Assembly (NCBI RefSeq): GCF_031769215.1
Contig: NW_026782623.1
Location: 62,001-126,000, forward strand
Length of the DNA: 64,000 nt
Direction of reading: 5' to 3'
Origin: Ylistrum balloti
Taxonomy: Eukaryota
The stretch's first letter is position 1. Each line of letters opens with the position of its first letter. Below the pieces are notes generated by a model. That model was not told where the DNA came from and did no database searches. It saw only the letters and a program-made list of their open reading frames with translations. This document shows, piece by piece, positions 27,001-38,773 of the stretch. The position numbers were made by a program, and so were the translations under genes.

Positions 27001-28065
27001 TGTATGATCACTGTCTGGCATTTTGTATGATCACTGTCTGGTATTTTGTATGATCACTGTCTGGTGTTTTGTATGATCACTGTCTGGTGTTTTATGTGAT
27101 CACTGTCTGGTGTTTTGTATGGTCACTGTCTGGTGTTTTGTGTGATCACTGTCTGGTATTTTGTATGATCACTGTCTGGTGTTTTGTATGATTACTGTCT
27201 GGTGTGGTGTATGATCACTGTCTGGTGTTTTGTATGATCACTGTCTGATGTTTTATATGATCACTGTCTGGTGTTTTGTATGATCACTGTCTAATGTTTT
27301 GTATGATCACTGTCTGGTGTTTTGTATGATCACTGTCTGGTGTTTTGTATGATCACTGTCTGGTGTTTTGTATGATCACTGTCTGGTGTTTTGTATGATT
27401 ACTGTCTGGTGTGGTGTATGATCACTGTCTGGTGTTTTGTATGATCAGTGTCTGGTGTTTTGTATGATCACTGTCTGGTATTTTGTATGATTACTGTCTG
27501 GTGTGGTGTATGATCACTGTCTGGTGTTTTGTATGATCACTGTCTGGTGTTTTGTATGATCACTGTCTGGTGTTTTATGTGATCACAGTCTGGTGTTTTG
27601 TGTGATCACTGTCTGGTGTTTTGTATGATCACTGTCTGTTGTTTTGTATGATCACTGTCTGATGTTTTATATGATCACTGTCTGGTGTTTTGTATGATCA
27701 CAGTCTGGTGTTTTGTATGATCACTGTCTGTTGTTTTGTATGATCACTGTCTGGTGTTTGGTATGATCACAGGTTGTGCTGATGTTAATTATGGATTTTT
27801 TTGGTGATGATTTTTATCACTGTTTTTGTCAGAAAACGGTCATTTTTTTGCTCATGAGAATTGCAGATTGAGAATTAGAGGTGAAAGTTTTAGTAAAGTT
27901 TACATCTGTAGATATTAGATATTTTTTTTAATATGTGCATATATTTTTTTCCAGGCCCTTCAAGATAACGCAGAATTTGAGGTTATAAATACACGTAATG
28001 ATGACTCCACCTTTATGACACTGGATCAGATCATGGATATGGCTTCAACAATACAGACAGTGTGA
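12074..28065 (+). CDS. PARS2: Mitochondrial prolyl-tRNA synthetase
   Basis: Coding exons 12074-12319, 12806-12983, 13198-13271, 13653-13733, 14133-14205, 15523-15630, 18422-18515, 19452-19483, 20713-20774, 23335-23414, 24421-24556, 25343-25510, 27955-28065 (1443 nt, 480 aa). Motifs: CLGPTHEE, TRKFRDE, REFDMKD, GGSISHEF, IEVGHSF, MGCYGLGVSRI, anticodon-domain VIDDR...GYPY. Basic, Ser-rich N-terminus is presequence-like. AATAAA at 28094. Confidence 0.93.
14540..15500. repeat. 31-33-bp minisatellite abutting the acceptor at 15522
   Basis: Unit GACATTGATGATCTGATTGG(TTGT/TG)TACAAGTTT; more diverged at the 5' end. Confidence 0.9.
15606..17880 (+). repeat. 42-bp array made of the PARS2 exon end plus its 5' splice site
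   Basis: Unit AGGCTAGGACTGGAC(T/C)ATGATATAG|GTAGGTAC(ACTT/TCTC)AACCC, about 54 copies. The first copy is the real exon end. Confidence 0.95.
17955..18421 (+). repeat. 36-bp array ending at the PARS2 acceptor at 18421
   Basis: Unit TGATTGATGATAACACCTCATTAACTGTACTTT(ATG/CAG), about 12 copies. Confidence 0.9.
18690..19290 (-). mobile_element. Degenerate Helentron/HINE-like element
   Basis: Minus strand starts AAAACAAGAG...GGCC and carries internal degenerate repeats (TCTGAAGCAT..., TTTTGTATAAA). Confidence 0.35.
19509..20471. mobile_element. Tc1/mariner-type non-autonomous element in a PARS2 intron
   Basis: Imperfect TIRs CAGTCAAACCTCGTTAACTCGAA ... TTCGAGTTAACGAAGTTCGACTG, TA on both flanks, and subterminal TTCGAG repeats. 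Confidence 0.8.
21632..23285. repeat. 21-bp minisatellite
   Basis: Unit ATAACAGCCTGATCTGATGAA; source of the spurious 585-aa and 554-aa ORFs. Confidence 0.95.
25865..27775. repeat. 23-bp minisatellite
   Basis: Unit TATGATCACTGTCTGGTGTTTTG. Confidence 0.95.
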
Positions 28066-28224
28066 AGTTAAATACATGTAATATTTTATAGTCAATAAAT
28101 TCAAGTTATGTATACTGTGTTTTCTTGTGAGAAGATGAACCATGACAAGGATTAAAACTTCTTGCTGTAATGTGAGAAATTAGAATATGAATACCATAGA
28201 TCGTTGTCAGTGGACAGTGTAATA

Positions 28225-29110
28225 GAGAAGGGTTATCCTGGGTCAGTCAATTACCCTAACAAGGAAGGGTTATCCTGGGTCAGTCAATCACCCTTACAAG
28301 GAAGGGTTATCCTGGGTCAGTCAATCACCCTAACAAGGAAGGGTTATCCTGGGTCAGTCAATCACCCAAACAAGGAAGGGTTATCCTGGGTCAGTCAATC
28401 ATCATAACAAGGAAGGGTTATCCTGGGTCAGTCAATCACCCAAAACAGGAAGGGTTATCCTGGGTCAGTCAATCACCCTAAAAAGGAAGGGTTATCCTGG
28501 GTCAGTCAATCACCCTTACAAGGAAGGGTTATCCTGGGTCAGTCAATCAACCAAACAATGACGGGTTATCCTGGGTCAGTCAATCAACCAAACAATGACG
28601 GGTTATCCTGGGTCAGTCAATCACCCAAACAAGGAAGGGTTATTCTGGGTCAGTCAATCATCATAACAAGGAAGGGTTATCCTGGGTCAGTCAATCACCC
28701 AAACAAGGAAGGGTTATCCTGGGTCAGTCAATCATCATAACAAGGAAGGGTTATCCTGGGTCAGTCAATCACCCAAAACAGGAAGGGTTATCCTGGGTCA
28801 GTCAATCACCCTAAAAAGGAAGGGTTATCCTGGGTCAGTCAATCACCCTTACAAGGAAGGGTTATCCTGGGTCAGTCAATCACCCAAACAAGGAAGGGTT
28901 ATCCTGGGTCAGTCAATTACCCAAAAAAGGAAGGGTTATCCTGGGTCAGTCAATCACCCTAACAAGGAAGGGTTATCCTGGGTCAGTCAATCACCCTAAC
29001 AAGGAAGGGTTATCCTGGGTCAGTCAATCAACCAAACAAGGAAGGGTTATCCTGGGTCAGTCAATCAACCAAACAAGGAAGGGTTATCCTGGGTCAGTCA
29101 ATCATTCAAA
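28225..29110. repeat. 37-bp minisatellite
   Basis: Unit AAGGAAGGGTTATCCTGGGTCAGTCAATCACCCTAAC. Confidence 0.95.
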
Positions 29111-29164
29111 CAAGCAGAATCAATGATAGTCAATCATCAAACCAAGATTCAACACATTGTGCAA

Positions 29165-30530
29165 CAGTGTCACAGTCACACACTGATGTATAGGCACACA
29201 AAGGTATACAGTCACACTGATGTATAGGCACACAAAGGTTTACAGTCACACTGATGTATAGGGACACAAAGGTTTACAGTCACACTGATGTATAGGCACA
29301 CAAAGGTTTACAGTCACACTGATGTATAGGGACACAAAGGTTTACAGTCACACTGATGTATAGGGACACAAAGGTTTACAGTCACACTGATGTATAGGCA
29401 CACAAAGGTTTACAGTCACACTGATGTATAGGGACACAAAGGTTTACAGTCACACTGATGTATAGGCACACAAAGGTTTACAGTCACACTGATGTATAGG
29501 CACACAGAGGTTTACAGTCACACCGATGTATAGGCACACAAAGGTTTACAGTCACACTGATGTATAGGCACACAAAGGTTTACAGTCACACTGATGTATA
29601 GGCACACAAAGGTTTACAGTCACACTGATGTATAGGCACACAAAGGTTTACAGTCACACTGATGTATAGGCACACAAAGGTTTACAGTCACACTGATGTA
29701 TAGGCACACAAAGGTTTACAGTCACAATGATGTATAGGCACACAAAGTTTTACAGTCACACTGATGTATAGGCACACAAAGGTTTACAGTCACACTGATG
29801 TATAGGCACACAAAGGTTTACAGTCACACTGGTGTATAGGCACACAAAGGTTTACAGTCACACTAATGTATAGTAACACAAAGGTTTACAGTCACACTGA
29901 TGTATAGGTAAACATAGGTTTACAGTCACACTGATGTATAGGCACACAAAGGTTTACAGTCACACCGATGTATAGGTAAACATAGGTTTACAGTCACACC
30001 GATGTATAGGCACACATAGGTTTACAGTCACACTGATGTATAGGCACACAAAGGTTTACAGTCACACTGATGTATAGGTAAACATAGGTTTACAGTCACA
30101 CTGATGTATAGGCACACAAAGGTTTACAGTCACACTGATGTATAGGCACACATAGGTTTACAGTCACACTGATGTATAGGCACACAAAGGTTTACAGTCA
30201 CACTGATGTATAGGCACACAAAGGTTTACAGTCACACTGATGTATAGGCACACAAAGGTTTACAGTCACACTGATGTATAGGCACACAAAGGTTTACAGT
30301 CACACCGATGTATAGGCACACATAGGTTTACAGTCACACCGATGTATAGGTAAACATAGGTTTACAGTCACACTGATATACAGTGACAAAGGTTTACAGT
30401 CACACTGATGTATAGGTGAACATAGGTTTACAGTCACACTGATGTATAGGCACACAAAGGTTTACAGTCACACTGATGTATAGGCACACAAAGGTTTACA
30501 GTCACACTGATATATAGGCACACAAAGCAC
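29165..30530. repeat. 34-bp minisatellite
   Basis: Unit ACAGTCACACTGATGTATAGGCACACAAAGGTTT. Confidence 0.95.
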
Positions 30531-30579
30531 ACAAAGATTTACAGGAACACAGGATGGTGTGACACAATGCTTTATAGGC

Positions 30580-31395
30580 ACACAATGGTCTGCAGTCACA
30601 CTGATATATAGGCACACAAGGACACCAGGGTGTACAATGATACATATGTACAGTTACACAATGGTCTGCAGTCCTATCCGCGGTACATAGGTGTACAGGG
30701 ACACCAGGGTGTACAATGATACATATGTACAGTTACACAATGGTCTGCAGTCCTATCCGCGGTACATAGGTGTACAATGATACATATGTACAGTTACACA
30801 ATGGTCTGCAGTCCTATCCGCGGTACACAGGTGTACAGGGACACAAGAGTGTACAATGATACATATGTACAGTTACACAATGGTCTGCAGTCCTATCCGC
30901 GGTACACAGGTGTACAGGGACACAAGGGTGTACAATGATACATATGTACAGTTACACAATGGTCTGCAGTCCTATCCGCGGTACACAGGTGTACAGGGAC
31001 ACAAGAGTGTACAATGATACATATGTACAGTTACACAATGGTCTGCAGTCCTATCCGCGGTACATAGGTGTACAAGGACACCAGGGTGTACAATGATACA
31101 TATGTACAGTTACACAATGGTCTGCAGTCCTATCCGCGGTACATAGGTGTACAGGGACACCAGGGTGTACAATGATACATATGTACAGTTACACAACAAT
31201 ACACAGGTGTACAGGGACACCAGAATGTACAATGATACATATGTACAGTTACACAATGGTCTGCAGTCCTATCCGCGGTACACAGGTGTACAGGGACACA
31301 AGAGTGTACAATGATACATATGTACAGTTACACAATGGTCTGTAGTCCTATCCGCGGTACACAGGTGTACAGGAACACAAAGTTGTAGTTACACA
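30580..31395. repeat. About 79-bp minisatellite
   Basis: Unit containing GTGTACAATGATACATATGTACAGTTACACAATGGTCTGCAGTCCTATCCGCGGTAC. Confidence 0.9.
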
Positions 31396-31929
31396 ATGGT
31401 CAAAATAGAAATTCTGACACATTTACTGAAAAGTTTTAACCCTGTCTCATTGACAAGCCTATTTGATTATTACATAACTAAACTTCCTTTTTGTTAGAAG
31501 TCCAGTAATCTTGTTATACCCATGGTACACAAAATTTTATGTTAAGTGCTATAACTCATACACTTTTAATTGATTCTATTTAAACTTGATCAATTGCTGC
31601 ATCTGATTATAGCCAATAATTTGACATATTAGGTGCTTCAAAACCGTTACCATCGAAACACATTGGAGGTTTCTGATTGGTCGAAATTACGATATAACCA
31701 AAACTATTAGTAATATGTAAATAATGGACGCAGGCAAAACAAATGCCTCTATATCCATATCTAAAATTATATGATGATCAGATATTTCCTAAAAAATTCT
31801 AAGATTCTCAGTTATTACATATGTATAGCCAATTAAATGCTTAATAGCAAAACCATTTCACTATTCTCAGGTTGAAATGACATTAAAAGTTTCCTCTTTA
31901 TATATAATTCTCCGTTTCATTGTTTTCTG

Positions 31930-32728
31930 CTTCGCTACGCCTTCTCTGCTTCTCTTCCACAGTGTGTTTAGTCGTTTCTTATTCCTATTGAGGAAAGTTG
32001 ACTAATATTTCTTATTTTTCTAATATTTTTAAAGATTCCTTTACTTGGTTATTGAGACTCAAAACGAACTAGAACAGGCCGGCTGTTGTTGGTTATGTCA
32101 CTGGACTCTGGTCTCTTTCCCAATCGTATAATTTTTCCAGGCCTATCTTTGTTTGACACTCCACAGACTTCTAATAAATTTCCTAAAACTTTAGCATCTT
32201 CTTCCATACGTTTCTTTCCGTCGTGATGGGACTGTTCCGGAACTCCAAATAGAATTATGTTGTTTTCCCTCTCTGCTCGCTCTTTAATTTCAGCAACTAT
32301 TTCGTCTTTGCTTGGTGCAGATTTCTCACATTTCAAGTTCATTTCCAGTTAATCAATTCACCGTTTTACCTCTCTTTCAAGTTCCGCAATTCTATCTTCA
32401 TAATCTTGCGTGATTTCCTACACCTCTCTTCTATTTTACTGTCCGTGAGAATATTCTTTTCGACTGTTATTCTGCATGATGGACAAAACCACATTATATC
32501 TAATTTTGATAGGATGTCATATTTCTTTGAATAAAAATCCAGACATCTGATGCAGAAAAGGTCCTGGCATCCATCACACTTCATGTACTTCTTTGCTTCT
32601 TTCGAGCATATCTTGCAGTTATACTGTTCCTCCATCAATGCGTCGTTGAAGGACTCTTCCGAGATGGATCCCACTTGAGAAGCCGATTTCTTGCTACTTC
32701 TTGCACTTCCGGTTTTGCCTTTAGTCAT
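31930..32728 (-). pseudogene. Decayed CR1/L2-type LINE ORF1 (PHD-like finger plus RRM-like domain)
   Basis: PHD-like CKIC...CDGC...FCIRC...WFCPSC in 32366-32728, then ENNIILFGVPE...RLGK...RPVLVRF in 32049-32342. A frameshift and stops separate them, and no ORF2 was seen. Confidence 0.65.
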
Positions 32729-33369
32729 TTTATCTGTTATTTTGCGTATATTTTCTTATCCACGAATTCACACTAAATCTAGGATGGTCTCCTGATCACT
32801 TCTATACTATATGTATCGATAATTACCTCCTTATCGGCAAATTATCGACGAAAATTTCCCCGTCGGCTACGGAGCATCCTCAAGTACGACTGTATCCGTG
32901 GCTGTATAAATAACTATTGTTATTTTTTAATTTGGAGGCGGTGTTTAGTCCTTAATTGACTTTTTGTTTCTGGCATCATGTGTAGCTTACCATGACAATT
33001 ACTCAACGTCCTATATATTGTCTAGTTAATGACACAAGCATTAGAGATTTTGCATTAAAGGGTGCGTGTAAGCATTAGAGATTTTGTATTAAAGGGTGCG
33101 TGTAAGCATTAGAGATTTTGCATTAATGGGTACGTGTAAGCATTAGAGATTTGTGCAGTCTGTAAACTTATTTTGTACTGTCATTCTTCTCTTCCTAATT
33201 CTTATCGTAAAATGTGTACTGAATATCTGTTGCCATATAAAGTGATGGGTTTTTTGCTTTATATGGTGAATATCCTAAACTTGAAATGTATGTAGAACAT
33301 ATTGTGCATTGTACAGATCAGATAATCTAATTGGCAGAGAAGTGACCATCATTTATAGGTTGCAGTTGC

Positions 33370-33446
33370 TCATGAGTCGAAGTCCCGATGTATCGAAGTT
33401 TTCTCGACGGTCCCTTGAACTTCGACACATCGAAGTTTTACTGTAT
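33370..33446. mobile_element. End fragment of a related Tc1/mariner-type MITE
   Basis: TCGAAG repeats ending in ...TTCGACACATCGAAGTTTTACTGTA, resembling the right end of the element at 19509-20471. Confidence 0.4.
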
Positions 33447-34456
33447 TTTATTTTATTAACTTTTAGAAGCACTGGTTAAATCATACTCAAATTACCTTTG
33501 TAGGCATCTCTTGGTCCCTGTATACGTAGGTTTTTGTCCATGTAGGGACTAAAGGGACTAAAGGATGGCGAATGCAAAATGACAGGTACACATATATAGT
33601 CGTCTTGTTTTATTACTATTTCAGTAATATTCTACTGCAATGCAAGTATTTGGACTCTTTCCTTTCCTTGGCTGAAGGAGACTCGATTTTCTATTAATCA
33701 ATGGTATGCAAAGGGGCAGGGGATTTGGCACAAATTTCCAACCCATGGTTCATATATGTACTACAGTGATTGTGAATTTGTTATCGGGAATGGCAACATA
33801 ACCAAACACATACAAAAAATTATCCATTCACAGGTAGGGAAACATTTTTTTTTACAAAATTTTGTTTTCATATGACGGCCATGTTTGATATGTCGGGGGA
33901 CATATTTTTGGCATCATGCTTTACCTAGCTATTCTCACATATATTTCCTAATTTGTCCTGTCAGTACTTGGCCAACCTCTTTCATCATACACTCAGTGGG
34001 ATGATAACACTTTTCTTCTTAAAGGTATCTATGTGTTGTTAAGATAAACGGTCCTTAGAATATAAGAACATATGAGCAGTTACGTATACATCCCTTGTTG
34101 TAACTGGACCATGGGTTGGGAATTCATGCCAAGTCCCTGTGGTGGGAAATGCAGATAATGTTTGCAATAATTCTTTTCCTGCCTGGATGAATGTATTTTT
34201 GTCGAAATTTAGTTGACTCTTCATGATTCTCTGTATTTTTGGGGAAATGTAACAATATAATTATGTTTTGAAGTGACAGCTGTAGGAACCAGGTGAGTGA
34301 TACAGACCTCGGGAGCATCTTCTTTTATGTGTACGCCAAGTTTTTGTACGTGGATACTAAAACAATCATACCTCTAAGATCAACCACGTGCACAATCATT
34401 GTACTAAATATTGACATGTTTATTGGTTCAATAGACGCTGATACATGTACATACAT

Positions 34457-35283
34457 TCAGTGACATTCACAGCTACCATAAAGGCCACTATTCGGAGTCA
34501 TACCCTCGTGACCATCACATGAGACCTCATCAACAGTCACTTCCGGGTTATTCCAGCCGAGACGGCCAATCTGACCGCCGCCGTTCTCCAGGTCAAAATG
34601 GTAGGCGTATCCGAATGTATTGGTACCACCATCCCACGGCGCCGCACTTTGAGCGCACCAAGCCATGTTGGGATCCACGGCGGGACAAAGGTTGGTCACC
34701 ATGAAGACCTTCGACTGACCTTCACCTGTGTTACCGCCTTGACCATCTACATACCCACCTACAACACGGAGAAGACACGATCTTGAGCACGTGCAGCATG
34801 TGTATTTAGACCTATCCTGATATGTTTATAACAAGGTAAGGCCTGGAATGGCGCATACGGGATAATTATTTGGTAAAATGTTTTAAAAAATCTTTGTGCA
34901 CACCATATTCAACGCTTCATGTTGTCAGCAATCATACTACGGTATCGTAATACCCTACACTGTCAGATACCATTAACTCGCGTAAACCTTCACAACAAAA
35001 GAAAAAATATAGCATTTTACATGATATTTATCCATCCAAAATAGTAGGAATTTAACCATCCATACCTACTGAACATGTGTTAAGTGGTTTAACGTCACAG
35101 TGAGAATACTAAAAAGGTTAGTTAAAGTTAACCGGTGGTTAGTGAACAATTCTCAAATCGTTGCCACTGAAACGAGAGCGTTAAAGGCAAACTGAACATT
35201 CAAAGTATATCTACATATCTCAATATATTTACAGCTATGAAATAATCAAGAATATTGATTTTTTTAAAATTTTTATTTATGCA

Positions 35284-35316
<33 letters not shown>

Positions 35317-38300
35317 GTGCGTGCGTGCGTGCGTGTGTGTGCTTTCCCATATTTCAGAACCTCTGGTTATCTCTAACTAGCCGTTGAACATCAGAGATCA
35401 GGCGTCGTGTTGTGATCAGTGTTGTCACAATCAGTCCCAATATCTTTGGTATCATGATCAGAACTTTAGTCAGAATTTAAACCTGGAGTGGTCAGTATCC
35501 AAGACTCCATACCTGTAGTGGTCAGTATCAAAGACTCCATACCTGTAGTGGTCAGTATCCAAGACTCCATACCTGCAGTGGTCAGTATCCAAGACTCCTT
35601 ACCTGTAATGGTCAGTATCCAAGACTCCATATTTGTAGTGGTCAGTATCTTGGTCATACTCCATACCTGGAGTGGTCAGTATTTTGGTCATACTCCATAC
35701 CTGTAGTGGTCAGTATCCAGGACTCCATACCTGTGGTGGTCAGTATCCAAGACTCCATACCTGTAGTGGTCAGTATCCAAGACTCCATACCTGTAGTGGT
35801 CAGTATCTTGGTCATACTCCATACCTGTAGTGGTCAGTATCTAAGACTCCATACCTGTAGTGATCAGTATCCAAGACTCCATACCTGTAGTGGTCACTAT
35901 CAAAGACTCCATACCTGTAGTGGTCAGTATCCAAGACTCCATACCTGTAGTGGTCAGTATCAAAGACTCCATACCTGCAGTGGTCAGTATCCCAGACTCC
36001 TTACCTGTAATGGTAAGTATCCAAGACTCCATACCTGTAGTGATCAGTATCCAAGACTCCATACTTGTAGTGGTCAGTATCCACGACTCCATACCTGGAG
36101 TGGTCAGTATCTTGGTCATACTCCATACCTGTAGTGGTCAGTATCCAGGACTCCATACCTGTAGTGGTCAGTATCCAAGACTCCATACCTGTAGTGGTCA
36201 GTATCCAAGACTCCATACCTGTAGTGGTCAGTATCTAAGACTCCATACCGGTAGTAGTCAGTATCCAAGACACCATACCTGTAGTGGTCAGTATCCAAGA
36301 CTCCTTACCTGTAGTGGTCAGTATCCAAGACTCCTTACCTGTAATGGTCAGTATCCAAGACGCCATTCCTGTAGTGGTCAGTATCCCATACCTGTAGTGG
36401 TCATAACCATAGTCAGACCCATACTTGCAGGTCAGCATATTACACTTCTTATACTGACCTGTAGTGGACAGTATCATACTCACCATACATCATACATAGA
36501 AAGGTATGTAGCATAGTCTGTATACATGAACCTGTGGTGGTCTTGTCTGTAAATCAGTACCTGTGGTGGTCAGTCGAACACAGCGTCCACACTTAGATCC
36601 ACACCAAGTCTTACGACCGGAGTCGAAGAACATCTGATTGGCTGCAGCTACGTAATGGTCCTGGTTCCAACGGAAGGGCGTGTCCCCATGGCCACAACCA
36701 CACGCCCCTTTATGGGAGTCGTGGTACCTTGTGGTAGAGCCACACAGCTTACCATTGTATCTCCGAGGACTGCCTGTGCATTTCTGATATCCCTGCACAC
36801 AGCCTGTAAGCCGAATGTTATATAAAAAATAGAGTTGGAGCTGTTTCTTACAAACATAGTAAACGGAACTGATAAATAAATATTAATCAATAAATGAAGT
36901 TATCGTGAACTAGATGGTATAAAATCTTAAAGAGTCACTTGACCAATGTACCAAATTATATAGGGAGGCTGTCAATAACTATCCCTAGATGTTGATAGAA
37001 CATTAATATAAAACCACCAATACCTACAGATTTATCGTCACTTAAAAGTTTACCGGAAATGATATAGACTGAACCATGATTAGAAATGGCTGAATGTGAT
37101 CAATCTACCACAATGACCTCAGTATGTACCTAGCTTGTGTATGTCATCACCAAAGTTAGATCACGTAACAGAGGCTGTTAACCACCATAGTTAGATCACG
37201 TAACAGAGGCTGTTAACCACCATAGTTAGGGTATATTAAGGAGGTTGTTGACCACCATAGTTAGATCACGTAACAGAGGCTGTTGGCCACCACAGTTTGA
37301 TCATGTAACAGAGGCTGTTAACCACCATAGTTATGGTATATTAAGGAGGTTGTTGACCACCATAGTTAGATCACGTAACAGAGGCTGTTGGCCACCATTG
37401 TACAATCACGTAACAGAGGCTGTTAACCATCATAGTTAGGGCACGTAACAGAGGCTGTTAACCACCATAGTTATGGTATATTAAGGATAGTATATTGTTG
37501 TTATATTAGATCAGTAACAGAGGCTGTTAACCAACATAGTTAGGGTTGAACACCATAGTTAGGGTATATTAAGGAGGTTGTTAACCACCATAGTTAGATC
37601 ACGTAACAGAGGCTGTTGGCCACCATTGTACAATCACGTAACAGAGGCTGTTAACCACCATAGTTAGGGTATATTAAGGAGGTTGTTGACCACCATAGTT
37701 AGATCACGTAACAGAGGCTGTTGGCCACCATTGTACAATCACGTAACAGAGGCTGTTAACCAACATAGTTAGGGTATATTAAGGAGGTTGTTGAACACCA
37801 TAGTTAGGGTATATTAAGGAGGTTGTTAACCACCATAGTTAGATCACGTAACAGAGGCTGTTGGCCACCATTGTACAATCACGTAACAGAGGCTGTTAAC
37901 CACCATAGTTAGGGTATATTAAGGAGGTTGTTGACCACCATAGTTAGATCACGTAACAGAGGCTGTTGGCCACCATTGTACAATCACGTAACAGAGGCTG
38001 TTAACCACCATAGTTATGGTATGTTAAGGAGGTTTTTGACCACCATAGTTATGGTATATTAAGGAGGTTGTTGACCACCATAGTTAGGGTATATTAAGGA
38101 GGTTGTTGACCACCATAGTAAGGGCACGTATTTTTTGTTACGACGACCTTTTAAACTACATATTTTAATTTCGTTTGTTCATGGCCTGTAGCTCATTAAT
38201 GACTTTAATGGGTAGATATTTTCCTATGATCTAAACTCAAAATATTATCAAAATTACGTCATTCACGAGAAATTGTCTTGTATCTGTCTAATGAGCACTT

Positions 38301-38773
38301 GGACTGACTGCTATATTTTTATCTGCATACATAACTAACACCAACATTCTATCACAATTGTCATTGATAACAAAAGTCTCGTAGGAACCGTTTAATTGAT
38401 TCCATGTAACATCGACGTATAATATTCTTATATAAATAAAATCGTGGTGTTCACTCCAATTGCTTGAACAATGAATTCTATTGACGGGAAAATCACCGTA
38501 GACATATAACGCAGAATTTCTCCTCATAGATCTTTATGCTTTGTCAATCAATCTGGATTATGGAAATGATGGACAATGTTGTTTTTTCCTTTTTCTAACT
38601 TCATCAATATAACGTATTTTTCCTAATATGTTGTTCAGTCTATTTACTTTTTTGTAATGGATTCTCGCTAAATAGTTAAATACACATTCTTTTATATTTA
38701 AATGATTACGGTTGATTAATAAACGTTTGTACTCACCAAGGAGGAGAAACAGGGTGAGGTATGTGATGATCAT
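34457..38773 (-). CDS. Secreted GH45 endo-beta-1,4-glucanase (mollusc Cel45A type), copy A
   Basis: Exons 38737-38773 (signal peptide MIITYLTLFLLL), 36561-36803, 34457-34758; 193 aa. Catalytic motifs TTRYHD and YHFD, plus GACGC and TNLCP. TATAAAA at 38808-38814; an alternative upstream ATG is at 38797. Confidence 0.9.
35281..35341. repeat. (GCGT)n microsatellite
   Basis: Direct reading of the sequence. Confidence 0.9.
35481..36420 (-). repeat. 30-bp array made of the GH45-A exon-2 end plus donor
   Basis: Minus-strand unit GATACTGACCACTACAG|GTATGGAGTCTTG, about 30 copies. Confidence 0.9.
37150..38120. repeat. About 35-bp minisatellite with two alternating subunits
   Basis: ACCACCATAGTTA followed by either GATCACGTAACAGAGGCTGTT or GGGTATATTAAGGAGGTTGTT. 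Confidence 0.9.

Noticed and set aside
21632-27775. The 21-bp and 23-bp PARS2 intronic arrays as splice-junction copies
   Set aside because: Their units do not match the neighbouring exon boundaries. They show that not all arrays follow the pattern.
37150-38120. CRISPR-like look (constant core with varying intervening segments)
   Set aside because: Eukaryotic intron, the intervening segments are only two or three recurring variants rather than unique spacers, and there are no cas genes.
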